Origin: an uncultured Muribaculaceae bacterium
GTDB lineage: Bacteria > Bacillota_I > Bacilli_A > RF39 > UBA660
Assembly: GCA_964402155.1 (NCBI GenBank)
Contig: CAYOAY010000002.1
Coordinates: 1 to 56,662, forward strand
Length of the DNA: 56,662 nt
Reading direction: 5' to 3'
The position numbers and the translations under genes are program-made. The notes under the pieces are model-generated. The model did no database searches and had not been told where the DNA came from. It was given only the letters and a program-made list of their open reading frames with translations. Below, piece after piece: positions 21,308-30,670 of this stretch; the stretch's first letter is position 1, and each line of letters opens with the position of its first letter.

Positions 21308-21847
21308 ATGAAATTATTAATTGCATCTGATATCCATGGTAATTTGAATAATACTAAATTATTAATAGAAAAATTTTATCAACATAAGGCTGATAAATTA
21401 ATTATACTTGGAGATATATATCATGGATATAGTTATCAAGATTCAAGAAGTATGGCAGATTTATTTAGTCAGATCACAGATAAATTATATTTAATTAGAG
21501 GAAACTGTGATAGTGATTATGATGAAGATATTTCTCCAGTTGGTTTAAGATTAAATTTAGAGTTAGATTTTAATGGTCGAAGTATTTATTTTAACCATGG
21601 ACATAGGGGATATCCCAATGTTTCATTTAAAGAAAATGATATATATTGTCATGGCCATACGCATATACCAAGCATTACTAAATTAGATAAAATAATCGTA
21701 TGTAATCCTGGTTCTGTTAGCTTGCCGAGAGCTTTATCGAGAGCGAGTTATATGATTATAGATAATGAAGGTATATATATATTAGATTTTAATGATAATA
21801 TAATAATGAGATATTTATTTGAGGTGGAAAATGAAAAGAATAATTAA
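21308..21847 (+). CDS. YfcE/MJ0936-family metallophosphoesterase
   Basis: Motifs DIHGN, GDIYHG, GNCD, NHGH, GHTH in canonical order. Confidence 0.85.
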   Translation: MKLLIASDIHGNLNNTKLLIEKFYQHKADKLIILGDIYHGYSYQDSRSMADLFSQITDKLYLIRGNCDSDYDEDISPVGLRLNLELDFNGRSIYFNHGHRGYPNVSFKENDIYCHGHTHIPSITKLDKIIVCNPGSVSLPRALSRASYMIIDNEGIYILDFNDNIIMRYLFEVENEKNN

Positions 21848-22937
21848 TAAACTATTAATGTTTGTTATTGTTTTAGTTTGTGCAGTTACTTTAATAGCAT
21901 GTACTAGCGAAAAAATCGTAACAATAGTATTATGTCCAAATAATGGAAATCCAAATATTACTATTGGAACAAATTCAGAAAAAGATGTTGATTCCCTACT
22001 TACTTTTTCTTCATATGGATATTTCTTTGTTGGCTGGTATTATGATCCTGAATTTAAAAATAGAGTTACCCTACCTACTAGATTTGAAAAAGATACAGTC
22101 CTATATGGTGGTTGGCATACATATGTTACTTATGAATTAGATGAATTAACAGATAGTTATGCGGTGAGTGGGGTTGTACTTCCTTTTACTACGGTGGAAA
22201 TACTTCCAGAATATAATGGCAAAAAGGTAACAACTATTAAAGAGAAAGCCTTTAAAGGTAATGAATCAATTATTAATTTAGTTTTACCTGATAGTATAAC
22301 CACAATTGAAGATAATGCTTTTTCAAATATGACTAATCTTGAAACAATTAATTTGCCTGATTCTTTAACTAGCATTGGTAAAAATATATTTACAGGTTCA
22401 ACAAAAATTGCCTATGATAATCATAGTGGATTAAAATATATTGATAATTGGTTAGTTGATGCGAAAGACTGTACTATCCAAAATGTTATCCTTAAACCAG
22501 AAACAATTGGTATTTTTTCAGAAGCATTTAAAAATTGTTATGATATTATTCAAGTAACAATTCCTGCTCATTTATGGTATTTAGGAGAAAATGTATTTGA
22601 GTGTAATACAAGTCTTGAAAAAATTGAGGTAAGTGAATATAACAAAACATTTACATCTTTAAATGGCACTCTTTATAATAAAGATATGACTTCATTAATA
22701 AAATATCCAAGCGCAAGAGTTAATGTTGAAATTACTCTTCCTGCTAGTCTTAAAAATATTGAGTCAATGGCATTTGATCGATGCAATAATTTAAAAACAG
22801 TAAATATTACAAACAATATTCAAACGATTCAAAAATATGCTTTTTATAATTGTAAAGAATTAACTAGTGTAAATATTGATACTGATAGTGTATTAATCGA
22901 TATTGATGCATTCTATAATTGTCCAAAATTAAAATAA
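21831..22937 (+). CDS. surface lipoprotein with a Listeria-Bacteroides (Flg_new) repeat and BspA-type leucine-rich repeats
   Basis: ATG 21831 behind SD GAGGTGG. Lipobox LIAC. GYFFVGWYYDPEFKN...LYGGW. Repeated xIPDSVTxIxxxAFxxCxxL units. Confidence 0.85.
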   Translation: MKRIINKLLMFVIVLVCAVTLIACTSEKIVTIVLCPNNGNPNITIGTNSEKDVDSLLTFSSYGYFFVGWYYDPEFKNRVTLPTRFEKDTVLYGGWHTYVTYELDELTDSYAVSGVVLPFTTVEILPEYNGKKVTTIKEKAFKGNESIINLVLPDSITTIEDNAFSNMTNLETINLPDSLTSIGKNIFTGSTKIAYDNHSGLKYIDNWLVDAKDCTIQNVILKPETIGIFSEAFKNCYDIIQVTIPAHLWYLGENVFECNTSLEKIEVSEYNKTFTSLNGTLYNKDMTSLIKYPSARVNVEITLPASLKNIESMAFDRCNNLKTVNITNNIQTIQKYAFYNCKELTSVNIDTDSVLIDIDAFYNCPKLK

Positions 22938-22941
22938 AAAA

Positions 22942-22963
22942 ATAAGTCCTTAATAGGACTTAT
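22942..22963. terminator. bidirectional terminator
   Basis: ATAAGTCCT-TAAT-AGGACTTAT flanked by A- and T-runs. Shared by the convergent LRR and ABC genes. Confidence 0.75.
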
Positions 22964-24693
22964 TTTTGTTTAAATTGATATTGATATAAATTTGCATACA
23001 TTCCGTTTTCTTTTAGTAAACTTTCATGTGTTCCTTTTTCGGTAATTCCATCTTTTGTTACAACCATAATTTCATCGGCATTTTTAACAGTAGATAAACG
23101 GTGAGCAACAACAATAGTAGTACGTCCTTTACTCAAATGTTCAAGCGAATTTTGAATTTGTAATTCTGAAATTGTATCTAAGGCACTTGTTGCTTCATCT
23201 AAAATTAAGATTGGTGGATTTTTAAGGAATGCTCTGGCGATTGAAATTCTTTGTTTTTGGCCTCCAGAAAGTTTTACTCCACGTTCTCCAACATATGTAT
23301 CATATCCATCAGGTAAGGTTTCAATAAATTCGTGAATATTTGCTGCTTTGGCTGCTTCAATTATTTCTTCCATTGATGCATTAAGATTACCATAAGCAAT
23401 ATTTTCTTTAATACTTCCACCAAATAGGAAAACGTCTTGCGCAACAATAGCAATATTATTTCTTAATGAATCAAGACTGTAATCTCTAATATCGATACCA
23501 TCTATTTTAATACTACCACCTAGGACTTCATAAAACCTAGGGATTAAGTGACAGATTGTTGTTTTTCCTCCACCTGAAGGGCCAACTAAAGCAAGAGTTG
23601 TTCCTTTATTAACGTTAAAGGAAATATCATCAAGTACAAGTGATTCGGATTCTTCGTCTTTACTTTTGTATTTAAAACTAACATGATCAAAGGTAATATT
23701 ATTTTTAAATGAATCTAGAATAACTGGATTAGGAGATTCCTTTTCTATTTCTTCATTCATTATTTCTTGAAATCTAGTAAAACCAGTCATACCACTTTGA
23801 ATTTGTTCAAATATTGCTATTAAAGTTCTAATTGGACTTATAATCATTGCGACATAAAGTACTGCAGCAGTAAGGGCATCGTTTGTTATAAGATCAAATG
23901 AAAGCATTAATCCACTAGCAAGAATAATTACTAAATATAAGAAGTCGGTAAAGAAGTTCATTCCGGATCCAAAGATACCCATTTGTTTATAGGCAACTCC
24001 TCTTGCATTTTTAAAGTTCTCATTTGAAACTTTAAATTTATTGATTTCATATTCTCTTGCTGAATAAGCACGGGTAACACGAATACCTGAAATAGAACTT
24101 TCTACTTGAGCATTTATTTCACCTGTTTTTTCTCGCATTACTTTAAAGGCGTTTTTCATTTTTCTTCTTCTCATAACTGCGAACCAAACTATAAATGGTA
24201 CAATCGCAAATATTATTATAGCTAAGCGATAATCAACATATAAGCACATCATAATAAAGGAAGCAATTAATGTTATGAATGAAATAAAGATATCTTCTGG
24301 TCCATGGTGAGCAAGTTCCGAAATATCCATTAAGTCGTTGATAATTCTAGACATAATTACACCGGTTTTATTTTCATCAAGATAGGTAAAAGGTAACTTT
24401 TGAAGGTGTATAAATAAATCTCTTCGCATATCACCTTGAATACGAACACCAACAATATGACCCCAGTATTGAATGACAAAGTTAAGAAGTGCTTTTAAGA
24501 TATAAATACCTAGTAGAATAGAACATAAGATAATAATCATTTCCCATTCTTTTTGTTTTGCATATGTTCCTGTAATTAGTTGTACAATTCTAGGATATGC
24601 AATGTTACATATAGCAACAATACATGCACATATTAAGTCGATAATGAACAGTCTTAAATGTGGTTTATAATAAGACATAAATTTTTTTATCAA
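22960..24693 (-). CDS. ABC exporter, fused permease/ATPase (MsbA/Lmr-like)
   Basis: Six-TM N-terminal half. Walker A GPSGGGKTT, signature LSGGQKQR, Walker B ILILDEATSALD. TTG start 10 nt after AAGGAGG. Confidence 0.9.
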   Translation of the reverse strand: MIKKFMSYYKPHLRLFIIDLICACIVAICNIAYPRIVQLITGTYAKQKEWEMIIILCSILLGIYILKALLNFVIQYWGHIVGVRIQGDMRRDLFIHLQKLPFTYLDENKTGVIMSRIINDLMDISELAHHGPEDIFISFITLIASFIMMCLYVDYRLAIIIFAIVPFIVWFAVMRRRKMKNAFKVMREKTGEINAQVESSISGIRVTRAYSAREYEINKFKVSNENFKNARGVAYKQMGIFGSGMNFFTDFLYLVIILASGLMLSFDLITNDALTAAVLYVAMIISPIRTLIAIFEQIQSGMTGFTRFQEIMNEEIEKESPNPVILDSFKNNITFDHVSFKYKSKDEESESLVLDDISFNVNKGTTLALVGPSGGGKTTICHLIPRFYEVLGGSIKIDGIDIRDYSLDSLRNNIAIVAQDVFLFGGSIKENIAYGNLNASMEEIIEAAKAANIHEFIETLPDGYDTYVGERGVKLSGGQKQRISIARAFLKNPPILILDEATSALDTISELQIQNSLEHLSKGRTTIVVAHRLSTVKNADEIMVVTKDGITEKGTHESLLKENGMYANLYQYQFKQK

Positions 24694-24891
24694 TTGATGT
24701 ATACCTCCTTAGTTTACTTATATTTACTTATTTTAACATAATTTTTATTTTTTTTCAAACAATTAAAAATAAATATAACGATTTGATGGTCAAAAAGAAA
24801 AAAATATGATATAATAAGTAATGATAAAAAAGCACAAATTATTATTGATTTGTCTTATTAATACAATAACTTAATAATGGAGGAAATAGTT

Positions 24892-26091
24892 ATGAGTAAA
24901 ATAATGGCAGTTAATGCTGGTAGTTCATCTTTAAAATTTCAATTATTAGAAATGCCAGAAGAAAGAGTAATTACAGAAGGTTTAATTGAAAGAATTGGAC
25001 TTGAAAAACCTAATTTTGTAATTAAATATCAAGGAGAAAAAGAAGAAAAATTAGTTCCTGCAGAAAATCATGCTGTTGCGGTTGATATCTTATTAAAAGC
25101 ATTAGTTGAAAAAGGAATAGTAAAGGATTTAAAAGAAATTGTTGGTGTTGGTCATCGAATCCTACATTGTGGAGAAAAATATACAGATTCTGTTGTTATG
25201 ACTGATGAAGCAATTGCTGTAGTAGAATCAGTAAATGATTTAGGACCTTTACATAATCCTGCTAACTTAACAGGAATTAGAGCTTTTAAAAAAGCGTTAC
25301 CTGATGTTGTTCAAGTTGGTGTATTTGATACATCATTCCATCTAACAATGGAACCTGAAGCATATATGTATGCAACACCATATGAATGGTATGAAAAATA
25401 TCATGTTCGTAAATATGGATTCCATGGAACAAGTTATCGTTTTGTTTCAGCTGAAGCAGCTAAACGTTTAAATAGACCTCTAGAAGGATTAAAAATGATT
25501 ATTGCCCATCTTGGTAATGGTGCAAGTCTTGCAGCAATCAAAGATGGTAAAGTTGTTGATACATCAATGGGACTTACTCCACTTGATGGCCTTCCAATGG
25601 GAACTAGATCTGGTACAATTGATCCTGCAATTGTTGAATTTATTTGTAAAAAAGAAAATAAAACGGCAAGTGAAGTTACAACAATATTAAATAAAAAATC
25701 TGGTTACATCGGTTATTTTCCATCAAGTAGCGATGGACGTGATTTAAGAAAAGCACAAGCTGATGGTGATGAAAAAGCAGATCTAATTTTAAGAATGCAA
25801 GAAAAGAAGATAGTTGACTATATTGGTAGTTATTATGCTTATATGGGCGGATGTGATGTATTAGTATTTACTGCTGGTATTGGTGAAAAATCACCTCAAA
25901 CAAGAAGTGAAGTTTGCGCAAGATTAAAAGAAGCATTTGGTGTTGAAATTGATGAACAAAAGAATATTGATACTTTTGGAGTATACGGTGAAATCTCTAC
26001 ACCTAATTCTAAGATTAAAGTATTAGTCGTTCCTACAAATGAAGAAATCATGATTGCACGTGATGTAATGAGACTTGGTAATATTAAATAA
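24892..26091 (+). CDS. ackA: acetate kinase
   Basis: AVNAGSSSLKF, GHRILHCG, FHGTSY, TAGIGE. SD GGAGGA precedes ATG 24892. Confidence 0.95.
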   Translation: MSKIMAVNAGSSSLKFQLLEMPEERVITEGLIERIGLEKPNFVIKYQGEKEEKLVPAENHAVAVDILLKALVEKGIVKDLKEIVGVGHRILHCGEKYTDSVVMTDEAIAVVESVNDLGPLHNPANLTGIRAFKKALPDVVQVGVFDTSFHLTMEPEAYMYATPYEWYEKYHVRKYGFHGTSYRFVSAEAAKRLNRPLEGLKMIIAHLGNGASLAAIKDGKVVDTSMGLTPLDGLPMGTRSGTIDPAIVEFICKKENKTASEVTTILNKKSGYIGYFPSSSDGRDLRKAQADGDEKADLILRMQEKKIVDYIGSYYAYMGGCDVLVFTAGIGEKSPQTRSEVCARLKEAFGVEIDEQKNIDTFGVYGEISTPNSKIKVLVVPTNEEIMIARDVMRLGNIK

Positions 26092-26104
26092 ATTAAAGAA
26101 TTTT

Positions 26105-26140
26105 AAGGTAGTAGAAGTATTAATTTCTACTACCTTTTTT
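26105..26140 (+). terminator. rho-independent terminator
   Basis: 12-bp stem AAGGTAGTAGAA / TTCTACTACCTT followed by TTTT. Confidence 0.8.
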
Positions 26141-26239
26141 AAGATTTATATTTTTTAAATAATAAATATCATACTTAAAATAATGCGAAATTATAAAAAA
26201 TAGCAGCAAATTTACAAATAATTAATATAGACGATTGCC

Positions 26240-26268
26240 TTGACTTTTTAAATTAATTTTGGTATAAT
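26240..26268 (+). promoter_or_regulatory. ftsZ promoter P1
   Basis: TTGACT, 17 nt, TGgTATAAT. Confidence 0.6.
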
Positions 26269-26293
26269 TATAATAATTAGAATAGTAATATAT

Positions 26294-26322
26294 TTGTAAA
26301 ATAAAAAGTGCTATGATATAAT
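26294..26322 (+). promoter_or_regulatory. ftsZ promoter P2
   Basis: TTGTAA, 17 nt, TGaTATAAT. Confidence 0.55.
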
Positions 26323-26357
26323 TGTAGCTAAGAATTTAGAAGAAAGGGATGATCTTT

Positions 26358-27482
26358 ATGATGAATGCTAGTGATGAAATGTTCACTACGAAACCGATAT
26401 TAAAGGTAGTAGGTGTAGGTGGAGGCGGAGGAAACGCCATTAACCGAATGATAGATAATGATATTCGTGAAGTTGAATATATTGCCATTAATACCGATTG
26501 TCAAGTTTTAAGATTATCAAAAGCAGAAGTAAGAATTCAAATTGGTAAACAATTAACAAAGGGACTTGGAGCAGGTGCTAATCCTGAGGTAGGACGAAAA
26601 GCAGCTGAAGAATCAGAAGATGAAATTCGTGATGCTATAAAAGGTGCTGATTTAGTATTTGTTACTACTGGTATGGGTGGTGGAACTGGTACTGGTGCTG
26701 CTCCTGTAATTGCAAGAATTGCGAAAGAACTTGGATGCGTTGTTGTAGGTATAGTTACTAAACCATTTGGTTTTGAAGGAAAACGTCGTATGCAAAATGC
26801 TATTCAAGGTATTGAAGAAATGAAACCTTTTGTTGATACTTTAATTATTGTTCCTAATGATAAATTATTAGATATTATCGGTACTAATACAACATATTTA
26901 GAAGCATTTAGTGAAGCAGATAATGTTTTATTACATGGTGTAAAAGGTATCTCTGAAATTATTTCATTCCCTGGATTAATTAATGTTGACTTTGCTGATG
27001 TTAAAACAGTATTATCTGGTAAAGGTACAGCCCTTATGGGTATTGGTATTGCCAGTGGTCCTAATCGTGCTGTCTTAGCCGCAAGAATGGCTATTAGTAG
27101 TCCTTTACTTGAAATTGATATCAATGGCGCAACAGATGCTATAGTTCAAATTACTGGTGATGATGGAATGACAATGAAAGAAATAGAAGATGTAATTTCT
27201 GAAATTAGAAATGCTTCATCAACAGAAATTGATATTATTCATGGTACAGGATTAAACTTTGAATTAAATGGTGAAATTGTTGTTACTGTTATTGCGACGG
27301 GATTTGACCTATCAAAAGAAAATAAAATTCATGAGGAAGAAAGAGCAGATGCTTTAACTCCAAAAGATGAAGTAAAGCCAATAAGTTCTTACGTTGGTGG
27401 TGGAACTACTGTTAAAACGGAAGAAGGAAAAGAAGTAAAAGAAACCAAAGTTCCAAGTTGGTTACAAAATAGATATAGATAA
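26358..27482 (+). CDS. ftsZ: cell-division protein FtsZ
   Basis: [42 protein letters not shown] favours ATG 26358 or 26361 over the ORF-track start 26349. Confidence 0.95.
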   Translation: MMNASDEMFTTKPILKVVGVGGGGGNAINRMIDNDIREVEYIAINTDCQVLRLSKAEVRIQIGKQLTKGLGAGANPEVGRKAAEESEDEIRDAIKGADLVFVTTGMGGGTGTGAAPVIARIAKELGCVVVGIVTKPFGFEGKRRMQNAIQGIEEMKPFVDTLIIVPNDKLLDIIGTNTTYLEAFSEADNVLLHGVKGISEIISFPGLINVDFADVKTVLSGKGTALMGIGIASGPNRAVLAARMAISSPLLEIDINGATDAIVQITGDDGMTMKEIEDVISEIRNASSTEIDIIHGTGLNFELNGEIVVTVIATGFDLSKENKIHEEERADALTPKDEVKPISSYVGGGTTVKTEEGKEVKETKVPSWLQNRYR

Positions 27483-27512
27483 ACTAGATAAAATTATTTA
27501 TCTAGTTTTTTC
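27481..27512 (+). terminator. rho-independent terminator
   Basis: AAACTAGATAAA-ATTA-TTTATCTAGTTT followed by a T-run. Confidence 0.75.
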
Positions 27513-27514
27513 TT

Positions 27515-27547
27515 ATGACAAAATTAGCCTTTTTAAAGGTGTATAAT
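27515..27547 (+). promoter_or_regulatory. candidate spoIIG-type promoter with an overlong spacer
   Basis: aTGACA (27515-20), 21-nt spacer, TATAAT (27542-47). TGACAAA overlapping the -35 resembles a Spo0A-box half (5 of 7). Confidence 0.35.
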
Positions 27548-27562
27548 ATATAGGGTGATAAT

Positions 27563-28255
27563 ATGATAGTGTATTTAGATTTAGTTTTAATAGCAACTAT
27601 AATAACTGATTATACTATCTTAAAAACAATTAATCAGGTATGGAAAGAAAAAATAGTTATCTATCGTTTCATTATTGCTTTATTATTTAGTGTTGGTAAT
27701 GTTTTGTTATTTATCTTTCCATTTAAACATTTAATGATATTACGTTATTTTTTAGGTATTATTATCGTATTAATTGCCTATCCATTTAAATCGATAAAAG
27801 ATACCTTTATTAAAATCATAATTTATTATTTATTAAATATTGCTTTTATTGGGGTTATTGTAATATTTAAAGTAAATAATTTTTTAATGCTTGGAGTATC
27901 ATTATTATTTGTTGTAGTTAGTTGGATTATCGAAAACTATAAGGGGGTGGTTATAAATGAAAACAATAATATTTATAAAATTGAAATAGGTAATACGTTA
28001 CTTAAAGCTTATCTTGATACTGGTAATACCGCCTATTTTGATGGAATTCCTGTAATCTTTATTAATGATAAAATAAAAAATTCATTAGATTTAACAGAAA
28101 TTGGGATAATGAAAGTCCAAGGTATTAATGGACAAACTAATATTACTATTTATGATGGATTACCAATAAAGATTAATAATAAAAAAGTAATTGTAAAATT
28201 TGCAATTATAAATATTGACAAATATGATGTATTATTACATCGAGATTGTATATAA
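27563..28255 (+). CDS. spoIIGA: sigma-E processing aspartic peptidase SpoIIGA
   Basis: Five-TM N-terminal half, C-terminal YLDTGN aspartic-protease motif, immediately upstream of sigE. Confidence 0.85.
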   Translation: MIVYLDLVLIATIITDYTILKTINQVWKEKIVIYRFIIALLFSVGNVLLFIFPFKHLMILRYFLGIIIVLIAYPFKSIKDTFIKIIIYYLLNIAFIGVIVIFKVNNFLMLGVSLLFVVVSWIIENYKGVVINENNNIYKIEIGNTLLKAYLDTGNTAYFDGIPVIFINDKIKNSLDLTEIGIMKVQGINGQTNITIYDGLPIKINNKKVIVKFAIINIDKYDVLLHRDCI

Positions 28256-28266
28256 GGGGGAAAATT

Positions 28267-28974
28267 ATGTTTAATTTAATTTTTAAAATCTTAAATTTTG
28301 TTTTTAAGAATAATCAAAATTGTTACTATATTAATAGTAATAATATATTACCACCACCACTAGAGGAAAAAGAAGAAACTGAATTACTGATAAAATGTAA
28401 GGAAGGAGATATAGATGCACGTAATACATTAATTGTACATAATTTAAGGTTAGTAGTATTTATTGCTAAAAAGTTTGAATCAACTAAAATTAATATAGAG
28501 GATTTAATTAGTATTGGCTCAATGGGATTAATTAAAGGTGTCCAAACATTTAAAATGGAAAAGAACATTAAACTTGCAACATATGCATCACGTTGTATTG
28601 AAAATGAAATACTAATGTATTTAAGAAAAACCCAAAAATCAAGAAATGAATATTCCTTAGATGAAGTCCTTAGTATTGATAATGAAGGAAATGAAATGAT
28701 ACTTGCGGACATACTTGGATCTGATGAAATTGATACATTATCAAAACTTAGTGCTGAAGAAGATATAGATAATTTATATTACGCCTTAAATAAACTATCA
28801 AAAAGAGAAAAAGAAATAATGGTAATGAGATTTGGTTTATATGACCATCCAGTAATGACTCAAAAAGAAGTAGCTGATATGCTGGGAATATCGCAGTCAT
28901 ATATATCAAGACTTGAAAAACGAATAATTGATAAAATGCGACAAGAAATTGAAAATAGAGTAAAAATTGCCTAA
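28267..28974 (+). CDS. sigE: sporulation sigma factor E (pro-sigma-E)
   Basis: Pro-sequence ending YYINSNNILPPPL (compare Bacillus YYIGGSEALPPPL), region 2 HNLRLVVFIAKKF, region 4 QKEVADMLGISQSYISRLEK. SD AAGGGGGA precedes ATG 28267. Confidence 0.93.
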   Translation: MFNLIFKILNFVFKNNQNCYYINSNNILPPPLEEKEETELLIKCKEGDIDARNTLIVHNLRLVVFIAKKFESTKINIEDLISIGSMGLIKGVQTFKMEKNIKLATYASRCIENEILMYLRKTQKSRNEYSLDEVLSIDNEGNEMILADILGSDEIDTLSKLSAEEDIDNLYYALNKLSKREKEIMVMRFGLYDHPVMTQKEVADMLGISQSYISRLEKRIIDKMRQEIENRVKIA

Positions 28975-28987
28975 ATGATTTATTTTT

Positions 28988-28996
28988 TGATATAAT
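28988..28996 (+). promoter_or_regulatory. extended -10 element upstream of the DUF2130 gene
   Basis: TGaTATAAT lies 26 nt upstream of ATG 29022. There is no terminator between sigE and this gene. Confidence 0.4.
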
Positions 28997-29021
28997 AAAA
29001 GAAAATGAGGAGGTGCAGAGA

Positions 29022-30563
29022 ATGGCTCAAATTAATAATGTTACAATAGTTGATGAAAAAACATTACGTTTAGAAGAAGATGCTAAGAAAGGTGATACAA
29101 TTAATTTATTAAATTTAAATCAAATAGATTTTTCTGTATTACATAAAGAAATAGAAGAAGGAAAAAATAAAGAATTTAATAATCTTTTAAATAATTTAAG
29201 AAATCAATTAGATCTTGAAAAAAGAAATGAATTAGTTAAAAAAGAATTAGGTTTAAAAGAAGAATATGACGAAAAAATAAAAAAACAAGAAAAAATATAT
29301 GCTGAATTAAATGCAACATATCTTGCTCTTAAAAATAGTAATGAAGATAGAATTAAAGCAAAAGTAAATGAAGAAATAAAAAAATATACTGATTTAATGC
29401 ATCAAAAAGAAATGCAAGTTCAAAAAGATAATGTTGAAAAGATGAAAGAATTAGAAGATAGTTATAATAAAAAAATTAGTGAACTAGAAAAACAAATATC
29501 TAATTTAAATATTTCCTATAAAGATTTAGAAAGCAGTATTGAAGAAAAAGTATTAATTAAATCAAATGAAGAAATAAAAAAATACCAAGATAAGATTTAT
29601 GAATTACAATCTAGTAAACAACTTATGGATCGACAAAATGAAATTAATTTATTAAAACTTGAACATGAATTAAATCAACAAAAAACAAAACTTGAATCAA
29701 GTGAAAAAGAATATGAAAGTAAAATGGGGATTGCTGTTTTACAAAAAGAAAAAGAAATGCAAGAAATTATTGTGGAAAAAGAAAATGAAATATTACGTCT
29801 TAAAAATGACCGTACTTCACTTAATATTAAGCGAATAGGTGAAGATTTAGAAAAATGGTGTAATAATGAGTATAATTCATATGCACAAAGTGGTTTCTTA
29901 AATTGTACTTGGATTAAGGATAATGATTCGATTAAAGAAGATGATGAAACTAAAGGTACTAAAGCAGACTTTATTTTTAGAGTATATACAGATGAAACAC
30001 ATAAAGAAGAATTAACCTCAGTTACATGTGAAATGAAAAGCGAGGACCCTAATTCAGTAATTCACAGAACCAATGAATCACATTATAAAAAGTTAGATAA
30101 AGACCGTACTAAAAAGAAATGTGAATATGCCTTACTTGTTAGTGAACTTGAAATGGAAAATTATGATATTCCAATTAAAAAAGTACAAGAGTATGATAAA
30201 ATGTATGTTGTACGTCCTCAATATTTTATTACCTTTTTAAGTATAGTTGAAAGTTTAGGTCGTAAATATCAAAAACTATTATTAGAAACGAAAAAAGAAG
30301 CTCTTCAATTTGAAGAAACCGAAAAAATAATTGCTTCTTTTAATAAAATGAAAGAAGATCTAATTACTAAATCAATCGATAAAATAACTAAACAAGTTAC
30401 AGATATTAATAAAAAAGCAACTGAAATTAATAAACATGCAGAAAGTATAATTTCATTAACTAATGATATTATCGAAACTCAACTTGAAAAGCTTAAAAAC
30501 AAAATAGAGAAATTCGATATTATTAAATTAACTAATTCAATAAATAAATTAGATAATGAATAA
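29022..30563 (+). CDS. DUF2130-like protein: long coiled coil plus a C-terminal PD-(D/E)xK-like domain
   Basis: ATG behind SD GAGGAGG; the track's GTG 29013 lies inside the SD. About 270 aa are heptad-rich with NEEIKKY duplicated. The C-terminal part has GEDLEKW...KADFIF...CEMKSE. Confidence 0.7.
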   Translation: MAQINNVTIVDEKTLRLEEDAKKGDTINLLNLNQIDFSVLHKEIEEGKNKEFNNLLNNLRNQLDLEKRNELVKKELGLKEEYDEKIKKQEKIYAELNATYLALKNSNEDRIKAKVNEEIKKYTDLMHQKEMQVQKDNVEKMKELEDSYNKKISELEKQISNLNISYKDLESSIEEKVLIKSNEEIKKYQDKIYELQSSKQLMDRQNEINLLKLEHELNQQKTKLESSEKEYESKMGIAVLQKEKEMQEIIVEKENEILRLKNDRTSLNIKRIGEDLEKWCNNEYNSYAQSGFLNCTWIKDNDSIKEDDETKGTKADFIFRVYTDETHKEELTSVTCEMKSEDPNSVIHRTNESHYKKLDKDRTKKKCEYALLVSELEMENYDIPIKKVQEYDKMYVVRPQYFITFLSIVESLGRKYQKLLLETKKEALQFEETEKIIASFNKMKEDLITKSIDKITKQVTDINKKATEINKHAESIISLTNDIIETQLEKLKNKIEKFDIIKLTNSINKLDNE

Positions 30564-30570
30564 GTAAAAG

Positions 30571-30602
30571 GTGAAACTTCTAAAGGGGTTTCACTTTTTT
30601 TA
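30571..30602 (+). terminator. rho-independent terminator
   Basis: GTGAAAC (30571-77) / GTTTCAC (30588-94) followed by TTTTTTT. Confidence 0.8.
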
Positions 30603-30670
30603 AATAAATTAAATAATATTTGCATAAAAGTAATCATTTCATCCGATAATTATAATAGGAGGATATGATT

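Noticed and set aside
24694-24891. CcpA cre site upstream of ackA, as in Bacillus.
   Set aside because: No convincing match to TGNAANCGNWNNCA was found by eye in the 198-nt intergenic region.
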